From Deltaproteobacteria bacterium (GTDB lineage: Bacteria; Bdellovibrionota_C; UBA2361; J135): a stretch of 64,000 bases of DNA. Of this stretch, positions 29,964 to 40,000 are shown piece after piece. Location of the stretch: NCBI GenBank assembly GCA_020635175.1, contig JACKAH010000001.1:6088-70087 (forward strand). The letters run 5' to 3'. Position 1 is the first letter of the stretch; every line of letters begins with the position of its first letter. Below the pieces are notes generated by a model that worked only from the letters and a program-made list of their open reading frames with translations, had not been told where the DNA came from and did no database searches. The position numbers were made by a program, and so were the translations under genes.

Positions 29964-31547
29964 CTAGTAGCTCTTTTGCCTTGCAAATACAGCATATTTT
30001 GGGTCCTCGTGAATAACACGCCATTCTGTTTGAGCACGAACTAGCAGTTGCGCTAACGGGAGATCTTTGTGCGCAAGAATGACGTCAGGGGCAATATTAT
30101 GAAGTGTCGTTGCCCAGTGTCCATGCAAGTTATAAAGCTCTACTAACCTGTAAATCTCTGCTCCAGGAACAAGTTGTGTTCTCCCATCGGCTGTCACCCT
30201 CAGATCGAGATCAGGATTCTCTAAATAGGCAGCCCAGCGACACCAACCACCGTCATTGAAGTGAGTTAGTACTCTTAGATGTTTATGGCTTTTGCTTTTG
30301 AGGTTAAGACTCGCAATTTTACGACAAGCATTAAGCGGTACATTATCATCAAGAAATAACGTGTTGTCGTAAACAAAAGGCGAAAGATTTATTGCTCGAA
30401 ATACGCCGAAAGCAAAGACGACAATTAGAACTACTTGTGTAATTCCTTGCCTAAAGATCAAAGCATTGGGGAAAAACTTTCGCTTTGCGTGAGTGAGATT
30501 TCGGGCAACTTGAGGAGCTGTAACAAGCCCAAATAGAGTTGCAAATTTAAGTGATCGAATAGATAAGATTAGTAATCCAAACAAAGAGAATAGGTTTCCA
30601 GGCTTTGCTTGTAGATGTCTGTATTTCGTATAGCGAAAAAGAATCGCTATAATCACAACTGATAGGATAGAGACAATACCTCCGACGGCAAAGGTTCCCT
30701 TCAGCTCATGTATTATTTCGCGCAAAGATGCTGGCATTACTAGGTAATCATAAATAACTAGATAGTTTGCAAATATCTCTCCAGTTGAATTAAAAATACC
30801 ATAAGGCGAAACAAGGCCACTTAAGCTAAGAATGATTAGCCCACCCCAAGCGTAAGCAACAGATTCTTTAGAATTTACTCTTAGTAAACGCGGAACTGCT
30901 CTGTAGCAAAACCAAAGAAAGGGAATCATAATCCAATAAACATGAATGTTTACACAGAGAGATGCTAACAAGAAGAGGTATGGAAGCTCCCAGGTCGTTT
31001 TTTGTTGAAGTAGTCTTCTATAACTAAGCGCAATTAACACAAGTGCTATTGCATGAGGTCTGATTGTTGTCAAAACGGTAATGATAGTTAGTGCAATGCC
31101 AAAGGCGATTAAAATCAGATAGGGGTGACCTTTTCTTCTCGTTGTCAGATAACAGATATCAACTATTAGAATTCCAAGATAGCCAATCAACAGTCCAAAG
31201 AAGAGCCTTAGTAGTTCATAACCACCTGCCTCATATAGTTTGTAAAACAAAATCTGCGCTAACCAATGATAGTCAGTCCAAGTTAGGTTGAGTGAGTTTA
31301 TCGGATCAAAGCTAGGAAGCTCTCCATGAGCAACAATCCAACTCCCACCAAACAAATGCCATCCAAGATCGGGGTCATGAATTGGAACTGACCATGAGGC
31401 AAGTGCGAAGGTAAGTGCTATTATGTAGACAAAGATTCTCATGGCAGAGGCATAGGATACGGTGAATAGGAGGATCAAGGGAGGGGGGATTTGCATAGAC
31501 CACAGTTTTATTAGCACTTGTTTCTGCTGGCTTATGTGTCGATCCAA
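29964..31547 (-). CDS. Polytopic membrane protein, GT-C-fold glycosyltransferase-like
   Basis: At least ten TM helices. The first periplasmic-loop Asp motif is HDPDLGWHL. The C-terminal domain is soluble. Confidence 0.4.
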   Translation of the reverse strand: MDRHISQQKQVLIKLWSMQIPPPLILLFTVSYASAMRIFVYIIALTFALASWSVPIHDPDLGWHLFGGSWIVAHGELPSFDPINSLNLTWTDYHWLAQILFYKLYEAGGYELLRLFFGLLIGYLGILIVDICYLTTRRKGHPYLILIAFGIALTIITVLTTIRPHAIALVLIALSYRRLLQQKTTWELPYLFLLASLCVNIHVYWIMIPFLWFCYRAVPRLLRVNSKESVAYAWGGLIILSLSGLVSPYGIFNSTGEIFANYLVIYDYLVMPASLREIIHELKGTFAVGGIVSILSVVIIAILFRYTKYRHLQAKPGNLFSLFGLLILSIRSLKFATLFGLVTAPQVARNLTHAKRKFFPNALIFRQGITQVVLIVVFAFGVFRAINLSPFVYDNTLFLDDNVPLNACRKIASLNLKSKSHKHLRVLTHFNDGGWCRWAAYLENPDLDLRVTADGRTQLVPGAEIYRLVELYNLHGHWATTLHNIAPDVILAHKDLPLAQLLVRAQTEWRVIHEDPKYAVFARQKSY

Positions 31548-31588
31548 TTGGTAGGGAAAGATAGGAAAAGCGAAAAAATATAGAGAAA

Positions 31589-33331
31589 ATGAAGGGTTAT
31601 CTACTTAGCATATTAATTTGTGGCCAATTTCTTGCTGCGGGAGCCTTGGCTCTTCCCAATAAAATAGCACTTAACCTCTCTAAGTCCTCAACTGATGGAT
31701 CCTCTGTTCGAAAGGTGTTTTTCAGCAATAAAGGTAATACTGACGGTGTTAGCTCAAATACAAAGAAAGCAACTACTAATTACAAGAGCTATAAGAATCT
31801 AATTATCTCTTTAAAGAAAGATGGACAGCAAGGTGCTAGTCCAGTTGTGTATGCAATTAAAAAATCAAGTGGAAAACTGCAGACTGTTAAATCTGCAAAT
31901 AGTGATGGATGTGAGAGTGGGGATAAAGCAATTATCTCGCTGACAAACATAAAAAAAGCAGCAAGTAAGCTTTCGAGTGCAAAGAAAAAGCTTTCAATTA
32001 AGTTAGCAAAAGTAGGCAGTACAACCAAAATAGACGCTCTATCTAACATCGGTTCTCTTAGACGAGCATTTGATCGTAAGAAGAACTTAGTTTCTGTTGA
32101 TTCGAATTGTGCGCCAATCGGCCTTGGAAATCTTGGGGCCATTCGTCAAAGTCAGAGCTCAGCATTAGCAGACACTGATGATTCAGACGGTGATGGATTA
32201 ACAAACGATGTTGATACCGATGACGACAATGATGGAATCCCAGATGACTTTGATATTGATGATGATGGAGATGGAATTTTAGATAACGATGACGCAGATT
32301 TTAATCAAGAAGGGGAGCTTGATCCCTTTGCATCGATCAGACTCTTTTCTAACTTCCACTTAGATTTTGAAGATACAGTTAACGCAAATGCTGCAACCAT
32401 AGTTGATAGCACAATCGACCAACTCCTAGTAGATAACGCGGGACTCGCAATTCCAGTTGCAGGGGATGATTCTGATAGTGTCGAGCTTGATTGTGGGGTG
32501 ATAGGTTCCGGTGGTCTTAGCTATTGTGCTGACGGAGGTAGTGGTAGATCTACAGAGCCCTTTCCTGATGGTCTAAAATTCCCGGAAGATTTTGATGACG
32601 ATGATGATGGATATGGAACGATCGTTAATGGCTCATCTGGGGACTTCCAATTAAAACCAAATGCGAATTCATCTGAGATTCAAGCTGGTGATGTTTTAGT
32701 TGAGCGAGTAACTGACTCTGAGGGTGGTGAGAAGCAGGTGCCGGGAATGTTGAATTTTATCTTTCATACTGTTCCAGCAGTGAAGCAAGTTGTAACCTCT
32801 GTTTCAACTTATAATGTCACCTATCCTGTTACAGCGGGAGACTCAGGCACCCCAACTAATTGTTTTCAAGTTCCAGCAACTGGAACTGTTGAGGTGACAT
32901 TTACAGTTTATCGACCTCAGAGAAAAGGGATCAGCGGAGCAGGTGAGGCATCACTAGTTAATATGGGAAATTTGAAGTTAATTACGAATCTTCCAAACGC
33001 TCCATGTACTCCCGATATGAATGGCCAATGTACAGGTGGTAGTGGACCAGGGCTTTGCGCAAGTTCAACTTATAGTAATTTTGGAGCAGGTTTTAATTCC
33101 CCAGCTTTAACGAGCGCTTCAGATGGTCTGCAAGATAACCTTGGGGATGTTGATGCCACACCAGGCACTAGTGACTCAGGTGACACCTTTACTTACAAGA
33201 TTGATATAACTCAGTGCTTAAGCAATGCGGGCATTAGCTGGAGCTCAGGTGAGAAGCTTAGCTATCCAGTTCAGATGATGAATGTGTTTGGGGATAATGC
33301 TGCCCAAAATATCTGCTTTATTCGACAATAA
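31589..33331 (+). CDS. Secreted protein with thrombospondin-type-3-like Asp-rich Ca-binding repeats
   Basis: Signal peptide MKGYLLSILICGQFLAAGALA. Repeats DTDDSDGDGLTNDVDTDDDNDGIPDDFDIDDDGDGILDNDD. Confidence 0.5.
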   Translation: MKGYLLSILICGQFLAAGALALPNKIALNLSKSSTDGSSVRKVFFSNKGNTDGVSSNTKKATTNYKSYKNLIISLKKDGQQGASPVVYAIKKSSGKLQTVKSANSDGCESGDKAIISLTNIKKAASKLSSAKKKLSIKLAKVGSTTKIDALSNIGSLRRAFDRKKNLVSVDSNCAPIGLGNLGAIRQSQSSALADTDDSDGDGLTNDVDTDDDNDGIPDDFDIDDDGDGILDNDDADFNQEGELDPFASIRLFSNFHLDFEDTVNANAATIVDSTIDQLLVDNAGLAIPVAGDDSDSVELDCGVIGSGGLSYCADGGSGRSTEPFPDGLKFPEDFDDDDDGYGTIVNGSSGDFQLKPNANSSEIQAGDVLVERVTDSEGGEKQVPGMLNFIFHTVPAVKQVVTSVSTYNVTYPVTAGDSGTPTNCFQVPATGTVEVTFTVYRPQRKGISGAGEASLVNMGNLKLITNLPNAPCTPDMNGQCTGGSGPGLCASSTYSNFGAGFNSPALTSASDGLQDNLGDVDATPGTSDSGDTFTYKIDITQCLSNAGISWSSGEKLSYPVQMMNVFGDNAAQNICFIRQ

Positions 33332-33348
33332 GAATTGTTGCATTGGTA

Positions 33349-33945
33349 CTAGAACAGTAGAGGGTTTACCCTTTCCCAAAAACTTTTAGTCGCCTCTTTT
33401 TCTCCAGTTAGGTAAAGATCCTCAGGCTCTAAGTGGTAGCGTTGTGAGATTATCTTAGCTCTCTTCTTGAGATCGTTTCGTTTTACCTTGTCCGATTTCG
33501 TTACGATCACAAGCAGATGCTTGCCATTTCTAAAGCAAAAATCTCTTAGCTCAAGCTCTTCTTCTCCAGGATCGCGTCTAATGTCATTTAATAGACAAAT
33601 AACCTTTAATGAATCTCGATTTTGTATGTAATCAATCATGAAATTCTGAATCTGCTTTTGAAGCTGCTTTGACATCTTTGCGTATCCAAAACCTGGCAAG
33701 TCCACTAAGAAAAATTTCTGCTCGCCGATCTCTTCAAAATCTCCGCGTATTTCAAAATAGTTTATCTCGCGGGTGCGACCCGGTGTTGAGCTTGTTTTCG
33801 CTAACTTCTTTCTGTTAGTGAGTCTGTTAATAAAAGTAGATTTGCCTACATTCGATCTTCCAACAAAAGCTATCTCAGGCATGATAGCCTCGGGCAGTTG
33901 AGTTAGATCTAAGGCGCCTCTTACGAATTGAGCGTCTTTAATCAT
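33349..33945 (-). CDS. engB: Ribosome biogenesis GTP-binding protein YihA/EngB
   Basis: G1 motif IAFVGRSNVGKSTFINRL and G3 motif DLPGFGYA. Confidence 0.85.
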   Translation of the reverse strand: MIKDAQFVRGALDLTQLPEAIMPEIAFVGRSNVGKSTFINRLTNRKKLAKTSSTPGRTREINYFEIRGDFEEIGEQKFFLVDLPGFGYAKMSKQLQKQIQNFMIDYIQNRDSLKVICLLNDIRRDPGEEELELRDFCFRNGKHLLVIVTKSDKVKRNDLKKRAKIISQRYHLEPEDLYLTGEKEATKSFWERVNPLLF

Positions 33946-34075
33946 TATTCTTTTCTTTCTGAAGCTTTGAAACTTTACGTGAAAGTGTGAAAAGGTAGAT
34001 GCAGATGATTGTCCACAGCGCAGAAAATGCCAAAAACATATCAGGAAAGGTGTTTGGTGTTTCCATAAGTTATCC

Positions 34076-34750
34076 TTATCTATCTTGCTGTTTAACAGTT
34101 TCTATCTTTGTACGAACCCAGAGAAGTAAAAATTGAAAGCAGATCATTGCTATCATACCAATTAGCATGGTGTAGACAAATGATGGGTCTCTTAGTCCAC
34201 GATCTTGTACAACTTGCGGGTGTATCTGTGTTGCTTTAGGTAGTAGTTTGATTGAGAAGACCACAATTGGCACGTTGATCGCACTTATAATTCCAAGGAC
34301 TGCAGAGTGTATTGCGACTTTTTCTTTGTCTCCAAACGCCCTAAGTAACAACATCCCTAGCAGTATTAAAAGTAAAACCAAAAAGCTGACTAACCTGGGC
34401 TCCCATCTAAAGGGCGTGTTCCACGCAGCATTTCCCCAGATCATGCCTGTAATCATCACAATGCAACAAAAAGCAAATGCAACTTCTGTGGCTGACGTAA
34501 GGAGCTGATCCATAAATTTCTTGCGAGTGGCTAAGTATGCAAGCGAAGAAAGAAGAATGACTCCAATGGCAAAATATGTCGCCATGGCAGCTCCTACATG
34601 AAAGTAGAAGATTCTCTGTACTGGCCCCATTACCTTTTCGTTTGGCACGACTAAAAAAACAAGGTAATTGGCATAAAGCACTAAGCCAAATGTGAGAGCG
34701 AATAAGACGTTCTCTACTATCGATAGCTTTTTAGAGTTTAATGAAAGCAC
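34076..34750 (-). CDS. ccmC: Heme exporter protein C (cytochrome c maturation System I)
   Basis: Trp-rich motif WGNAAWNTPFRWEPRLV matches the CcmC WWD domain. There are six TM helices. Confidence 0.8.
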   Translation of the reverse strand: MLSLNSKKLSIVENVLFALTFGLVLYANYLVFLVVPNEKVMGPVQRIFYFHVGAAMATYFAIGVILLSSLAYLATRKKFMDQLLTSATEVAFAFCCIVMITGMIWGNAAWNTPFRWEPRLVSFLVLLLILLGMLLLRAFGDKEKVAIHSAVLGIISAINVPIVVFSIKLLPKATQIHPQVVQDRGLRDPSFVYTMLIGMIAMICFQFLLLWVRTKIETVKQQDR

Positions 34751-34762
34751 AACTGCTCCTCT

Positions 34763-35434
34763 TTATTCATGAACCACGAAGCTAAACAGATTAATAGCTG
34801 CCGTAAAATATATAACATCAAAAACAAGTAACAAAGTAAATGCAAGTGAGCCTAGATCTAGCGAGCCCTCGAGCATTATCTGCGAAGAGAGCTCCAATGC
34901 TGCAAATAAAATTGGAAATAAGAGCGGTAAAAGTATCAGGGGCAGAAGTAGACCCTTTAGCCGCGAGGAGAGGCTTATAGGTGTTAAAAGAGTTGAAAGT
35001 GAACAATAACCAATTACAACCAATGAAGATAAGATTGCGTAGTGGTGAAAGCTCTCAAGTATTGGCGTGGTAAGAAATGAAGCTAATAATATAATCGTTA
35101 GTAGATGAACTGCCAGCACGATAATAATGTTTGTTAGCAGCTTGGAGATGAAAATAGTCCATGGCGAAATGCCAGTTAAAAAGAGCCCTTCAAGAGCGTT
35201 GTTTTTTATCTCGTATTCGAAGCTTTTTGAGATCGAAATTGTTGAACTAAAGATGAAAATCAACCAGATTAAAACAGGAAAAATCTTCCTAACTTCTTCA
35301 GGGTTTAAAAAAGAGGAATGAATGCCAACTGCTGAGATGACAGTTAATAAGAGAGAAAGCGTCGCGAAAAGAGCAACTGTTTCTTTCGAGCGAATCTCTA
35401 GAAGCAGATCTTTATGTAAGAGCGTTTTTATCAT
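34763..35434 (-). CDS. ccmB: Heme exporter protein B (ABC permease)
   Basis: Six-TM permease between ccmA and ccmC. Confidence 0.6.
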   Translation of the reverse strand: MIKTLLHKDLLLEIRSKETVALFATLSLLLTVISAVGIHSSFLNPEEVRKIFPVLIWLIFIFSSTISISKSFEYEIKNNALEGLFLTGISPWTIFISKLLTNIIIVLAVHLLTIILLASFLTTPILESFHHYAILSSLVVIGYCSLSTLLTPISLSSRLKGLLLPLILLPLLFPILFAALELSSQIMLEGSLDLGSLAFTLLLVFDVIYFTAAINLFSFVVHE

Positions 35435-36135
35435 TTTAAACTTGTCTGAATATAAATCGAGACAACTTCCTCTTCTGAAAAACTAACCTGTGTTGTCGAA
35501 TCAATTGCACCATTGTTTATGGTCAAAACTTGATTCGCTATTTGGTAAAGCCTTCTAATATCATGAGTCGCAATGATAGCAGTAGCGTTACGTTTCTGAA
35601 CATAGTCTTGAATTGTCGCGCAGAACAGATCCAGGCTTGCGCTATCTAATGCTGATGTTGGTTCATCAAGTAGTAAAATGGATGGTGAGCCTAAGAGAGC
35701 ACAGACTAAAGAAGTCTTAAAAGCTAAGCCCCTGGAAAGATTTTCAACGGCCTTGTTTCTATGCTCAAACAAACCCCAAAAATCTAATAATTCCTCGGAC
35801 GTTCTCTTTTCACTAGAAAGCTTAGCAAAAAGCTCAATGTTTTCTTTGACAGTCAAAGGTGAATAGAGATGAGACTCGTGTGCAACATATGCAACTTTTT
35901 TAAAATGATCTTCTTTAGAGATCGTCGGCTCAATGGTCCCCTTGTCGAGTTTTAGTAGCCCTGAGAGTGCTTTTAGCAGTGTCGATTTGCCGCTTCCGTT
36001 TGCTCCAAGCAGCAATGTAATCTGTCCAGCTATTAGATCAAATGAGATATCTTCAAACACTGGCGTTGTCTCGTATCGCTTAGTTGCATTTTGTAGCGAT
36101 AAAAGTATTTCTGCTTGCTTCAAGGCCCTATCCAT
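35431..36135 (-). CDS. ccmA: Heme exporter ATP-binding protein CcmA
   Basis: Walker A LLGANGSGKSTLLKAL, ABC signature LSRGLAFKTSL and Walker B LLLDEPTSALD. Confidence 0.75.
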   Translation of the reverse strand: MDRALKQAEILLSLQNATKRYETTPVFEDISFDLIAGQITLLLGANGSGKSTLLKALSGLLKLDKGTIEPTISKEDHFKKVAYVAHESHLYSPLTVKENIELFAKLSSEKRTSEELLDFWGLFEHRNKAVENLSRGLAFKTSLVCALLGSPSILLLDEPTSALDSASLDLFCATIQDYVQKRNATAIIATHDIRRLYQIANQVLTINNGAIDSTTQVSFSEEEVVSIYIQTSLK

Positions 36136-36406
36136 TTAACTTATCGAGCTCTTTCATGGTATTGGCAAGCTCAGCTTTGATTGAATTAGAAACTTGGAGA
36201 TGCTCATCTTCTGAGATCTTATTTGTTTTCAAATCTAATTCTAAATCTCGTAAGATCTGAAGAAAACGTTCCTTTTCATCCGTTAATGTTTGTAAGGTTC
36301 CACCCGTGCTTGCTTGGACTTCTTTTGCTGAGCTTAGATGTGGGATAACTAATAGATAGCCGCAGAGTAGAGAGAAGATTATCATGATTATGTTTTCAAT
36401 TCCCAT
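36128..36406 (-). CDS. Small single-TM protein inside the ccm operon (CcmD-like position)
   Basis: N-terminal TM helix IIMIIFSLLCGYLLVIPHL followed by a charged helical tail. It overlaps the ccmA start by 8 nt. Confidence 0.3.
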   Translation of the reverse strand: MGIENIIMIIFSLLCGYLLVIPHLSSAKEVQASTGGTLQTLTDEKERFLQILRDLELDLKTNKISEDEHLQVSNSIKAELANTMKELDKLNG

Positions 36407-36408
36407 TT

Positions 36409-38385
36409 CTAGCTCCTCTTTCTGTCAGGTAGAAGTACTATGCCGGTTCCAGCGAGTATGACCAATGTGCCAATCCACAACCAAACTTGAAGTGGGTTTA
36501 CGAAAGCTTTAAACGAAGCTTTTCCGGTTGTTCCGTCGTACCCAGCTAATGCAAGATAAAAGTCTTCTCTTAGGCCCATACGCAAAGCAACTTCAGTGGT
36601 TGTCTCCTTTGTTTGCATATAGAAGCGTTTCTCTGGATGCAGTTCCTCGATAAGCTTTTTTGATTTTTTGTCGTATAGAGACGTCTTGCTCAAAAGTGCC
36701 TGGTAGTTGTCGTTTTGAGTAGTTTCAATGTCATCTAACTTAATTTCAAATCGTCCAATCTGATAACTTTCGCCGAGCGAAATTGTAAACTCCTTTTCGA
36801 GCTTATGAGCCATTGAGGCTGTAATCCCAATAGCTGCAATCACAACGCCTAAATGAATTAGGTATCCACCATAGCGAGTCTTATGCCGCTTAATTAAGCT
36901 AGTCGTTGCCTGTAAAGTTCCACTTTTGTCTTTTGCTCGAGTAGCTTTCATTCCTCTGTAGAGCTCAACCAGCATAGTCATAACAACAAAAAAGCAGATG
37001 GTGTATGAGAAAAGAGGGTAAAGATCGGTTATACCAGCCCAAAGCAATATTATTGTAACGATGAGCGAGCTTAGTGCAGGTACTAAAAATGAGCGCTTAA
37101 TGTTGATAAGCGTAGCTTTTTTCCAGGCAATCATTGGTCCGATGCCCATCATCAATAACAGCAGTAAAAACAGTGGGACATTGACTTTGTTAAAGAAAGG
37201 AATACTCACAGTCTGCTTTGTGCCGGTAACAGCCTCTGAGAGAATAGGAAACATTACTCCCCATAATGTGGCAAAGCAGATACTTAAAAAGAGAAGGTTG
37301 TTAAGGAGAAAAGCTGCTTCTCTAGAAAATAGGCTTTCTATCTGACGTTGAGGTTTAAGTTCTTTTCTGCGGTAGTATGTTAGACAGATTGCAAGAATTA
37401 CTAAGATAGCTAAATATTGCAGAAACACCTCTCCAACATCGGTTTCGGCAAAGGCATGCACGCTTTGTACAATTCCAGATCGAGTTAGAAAAGTTCCGAA
37501 AACGGTGAGGCCATAAGTTAAAACTATCAGCCAAATGTTCCAAAATTTCAGCATGTTCTTTCTTTCTTGAACCATTACTGAGTGAAGAAATGCGGTAGCA
37601 GTTAGCCACGGCATAAATGAGGCGTTCTCTACTGGATCCCAAGCCCAGAAACCTCCCCAACCTAGTTCAAGATATGCCCAGTGGCCACCTAGTACTATTC
37701 CTGCAGTTAAAAACCCCCAGCCGATTAGTGTCCATCTGCGTGTCAACCTAATCCAATCATTAGTTAAACGCCCTGAGATTAGCGCAGCCATGCAAAATGC
37801 ATACGGCACAGTAAACATTGTAAATCCCATATAGAGAGAAGGGGGGTGAATCTGCATGTAGATGTTTTGGAGCAGAGGGTTTAAGCCGTTTCCATCAGGA
37901 GGTAGAAATGGCTGTGAAATAAATCTAAATGGGTTCGTGTAAAAAACAACGACAGTTAAAAAGAAAAGAGAGGCTGAGTTTAAAATAACCAATGTCCAAG
38001 GGATGAGTGCACGCGGATAGTGTTTTGAACGCCATGCTACAACACCTGCGCAAAGCGTTAGTATCCCACACCAAAGTAACATCGAACCATCCATTCCTCC
38101 CCAGATAGCAGTAATCTTGTAATTGGATTCCATGGCTCGATTAGAGAACTGCCAAACGTATTTTACTGAAAAGTCACTAACGTAAAAAAGATAGCCAAGC
38201 GCATATAGGGCGAACAGGGTTGAGACAGTGGCCAGCATGGTTGCGTTTCTGGTTGTTGCAATCCAGGCGGTGCTGTCTTTTTTTCCAGCAATGATTCCAG
38301 AAATAAGTCCTGTAAGTGCAAGTAACCAAGCTATCGTTTGTGCAAAGTGTCCCAGTTCAGCCAATGAGATTCTCCAAAAAAGCAT
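36409..38385 (-). CDS. ccmF: Cytochrome c-type biogenesis protein CcmF (heme lyase)
   Basis: WWD motif WGGFWAWDPVENASFMPWLTATAFLHS. 658 aa and polytopic. Confidence 0.85.
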   Translation of the reverse strand: MLFWRISLAELGHFAQTIAWLLALTGLISGIIAGKKDSTAWIATTRNATMLATVSTLFALYALGYLFYVSDFSVKYVWQFSNRAMESNYKITAIWGGMDGSMLLWCGILTLCAGVVAWRSKHYPRALIPWTLVILNSASLFFLTVVVFYTNPFRFISQPFLPPDGNGLNPLLQNIYMQIHPPSLYMGFTMFTVPYAFCMAALISGRLTNDWIRLTRRWTLIGWGFLTAGIVLGGHWAYLELGWGGFWAWDPVENASFMPWLTATAFLHSVMVQERKNMLKFWNIWLIVLTYGLTVFGTFLTRSGIVQSVHAFAETDVGEVFLQYLAILVILAICLTYYRRKELKPQRQIESLFSREAAFLLNNLLFLSICFATLWGVMFPILSEAVTGTKQTVSIPFFNKVNVPLFLLLLLMMGIGPMIAWKKATLINIKRSFLVPALSSLIVTIILLWAGITDLYPLFSYTICFFVVMTMLVELYRGMKATRAKDKSGTLQATTSLIKRHKTRYGGYLIHLGVVIAAIGITASMAHKLEKEFTISLGESYQIGRFEIKLDDIETTQNDNYQALLSKTSLYDKKSKKLIEELHPEKRFYMQTKETTTEVALRMGLREDFYLALAGYDGTTGKASFKAFVNPLQVWLWIGTLVILAGTGIVLLPDRKRS

Positions 38386-38449
38386 TCAGATGAGAGATAA
38401 ATTCTGAGTCTCAAATGTACCCATAAAAGGTAGCAAATAACAAGAATCG

Positions 38450-39976
38450 TTAAGAAAATTGAAAGATATAGAAAGAATAGCCAATTCGAGCGACGGGCTT
38501 ATATCTTGTAAGCCAGTCTGTCTTAAGTCCAGTCTTCTGCTCTAAAAGTTTGCCTCGAATCAAAGCATGCGTACTTATGACGTAGGTCACGCCAGATTTA
38601 GGAACAGACCACTCTAGATTTGCTAGTTTGCGATGAGAGATTCCATAGTACTCAGGGGATCCATTCCATGGGTAGAGCAGCGTGACATCAGCTTTTGGGT
38701 TAGCATCTAGATACTGCTTTAGTCGCTTCAGATCATAACCCCAGTCTATGTTAGAATCGTCAAGATGGTTGTAGCCGTTGCTAGGACCCTCAGCAATTTC
38801 ATTAAAATAAGCTAGCTGATCGGGATAGATGAAATATGTAAGCGTACAGAAGTAAACCGTAGCCATGCAAAGTAGTGCTTTCTGCAACTTAGGACGAAGT
38901 TTTACAATAGAGCTTCCCGCAAGTACAAACAGAAAGGGGTAGATAGGCAAGATATATCTAATACCCGCATTATGAGCAAAGGCGCTTGTGACCAGAAGGA
39001 AAATGAAAGCAGGCATTATCAAAAACTTTGCTTCATTGCTTTGTGGTTTCTGAAAGATGCCGCACAAAATTAGAAAAATTGTAAGCAGTGGAGTTTTGAA
39101 CAAAAATGCTAGCAAAAAGTAGTGCCACCATCCGCGCCCAAATTCTCCGTTTAGATAAAAGAGATAAGATTGTTGGTGATCTGCTTGGACTTTTCTAAGC
39201 CCTTCAATATAGAGATCCAAGTTAAACGGGGTAAAGTAAAAACTTGATACGATAACAACGAGAATCAAAGCGCAGCGAGTCGCATTATGGAATCTTTTGC
39301 TTAGTGATTTCTCGTTGATAAGGATTAGCAATCCAAATGGAATTAGGAAAATTAACGCAGAAAACTTACTTAATAAAGCCAAGCTTAGGAAAATGCATGC
39401 AACATAAAAATGTGAGCTTGTCTTTTCTTGATAGAACTTCCAGAGGAAATAAAAAGAGCCGAAGCTGAAGCAGCTTAGAGCAAGATCCATTGTAACTAAG
39501 TGCGAGTGAGCGATTATATTTGGGCTGAAAGCATAAAGCATTAGTGAAAGGAGGGCAGAGTTTTTGCCAAAGAGCTCCAGTGACAATCTATAAACAAAGA
39601 ACCCTAATAGTATGGCTAAAAGTAAAATTGGCATTCTGCTTAAAAAGAGGATCTGATCTGCATCATTTGAATATAAAAATTCAAAACCAAAATCCCACTC
39701 GTTTGGAATTGACGATCCCCAACCTTTATTTGGAATTTTGCTCTTTAGATCGAGAAATTTGAGAGGTAGAGCGCTTAGTAATTTTACTAGAGGAGGATGC
39801 TGTTTGTTTAGCTCAATTTTTGAAGTTTCAAGATAGCTATAACCGCTAGCGATATGACTAGTTTCATCAAAAGAGGCAGAAAACTTACCGAGTGACGTGA
39901 AAACAATAGCTGTAAAACTCAGCATAAGTACGAGAAATAGAAGAGAATGTAGATTGCCAGATTTCAGCTTCGTCAT
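38450..39976 (-). CDS. GT-C-fold membrane glycosyltransferase, ArnT/PMT-like (GT39/GT83 family)
   Basis: N-terminal TM helix followed by the loop-1 DE motif FDETSHIASGYSYLE and HPPLVKLL. Many TM helices. Confidence 0.6.
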   Translation of the reverse strand: MTKLKSGNLHSLLFLVLMLSFTAIVFTSLGKFSASFDETSHIASGYSYLETSKIELNKQHPPLVKLLSALPLKFLDLKSKIPNKGWGSSIPNEWDFGFEFLYSNDADQILFLSRMPILLLAILLGFFVYRLSLELFGKNSALLSLMLYAFSPNIIAHSHLVTMDLALSCFSFGSFYFLWKFYQEKTSSHFYVACIFLSLALLSKFSALIFLIPFGLLILINEKSLSKRFHNATRCALILVVIVSSFYFTPFNLDLYIEGLRKVQADHQQSYLFYLNGEFGRGWWHYFLLAFLFKTPLLTIFLILCGIFQKPQSNEAKFLIMPAFIFLLVTSAFAHNAGIRYILPIYPFLFVLAGSSIVKLRPKLQKALLCMATVYFCTLTYFIYPDQLAYFNEIAEGPSNGYNHLDDSNIDWGYDLKRLKQYLDANPKADVTLLYPWNGSPEYYGISHRKLANLEWSVPKSGVTYVISTHALIRGKLLEQKTGLKTDWLTRYKPVARIGYSFYIFQFS

Positions 39977-40000
39977 GATTAATATATAACGTATAGAGTT

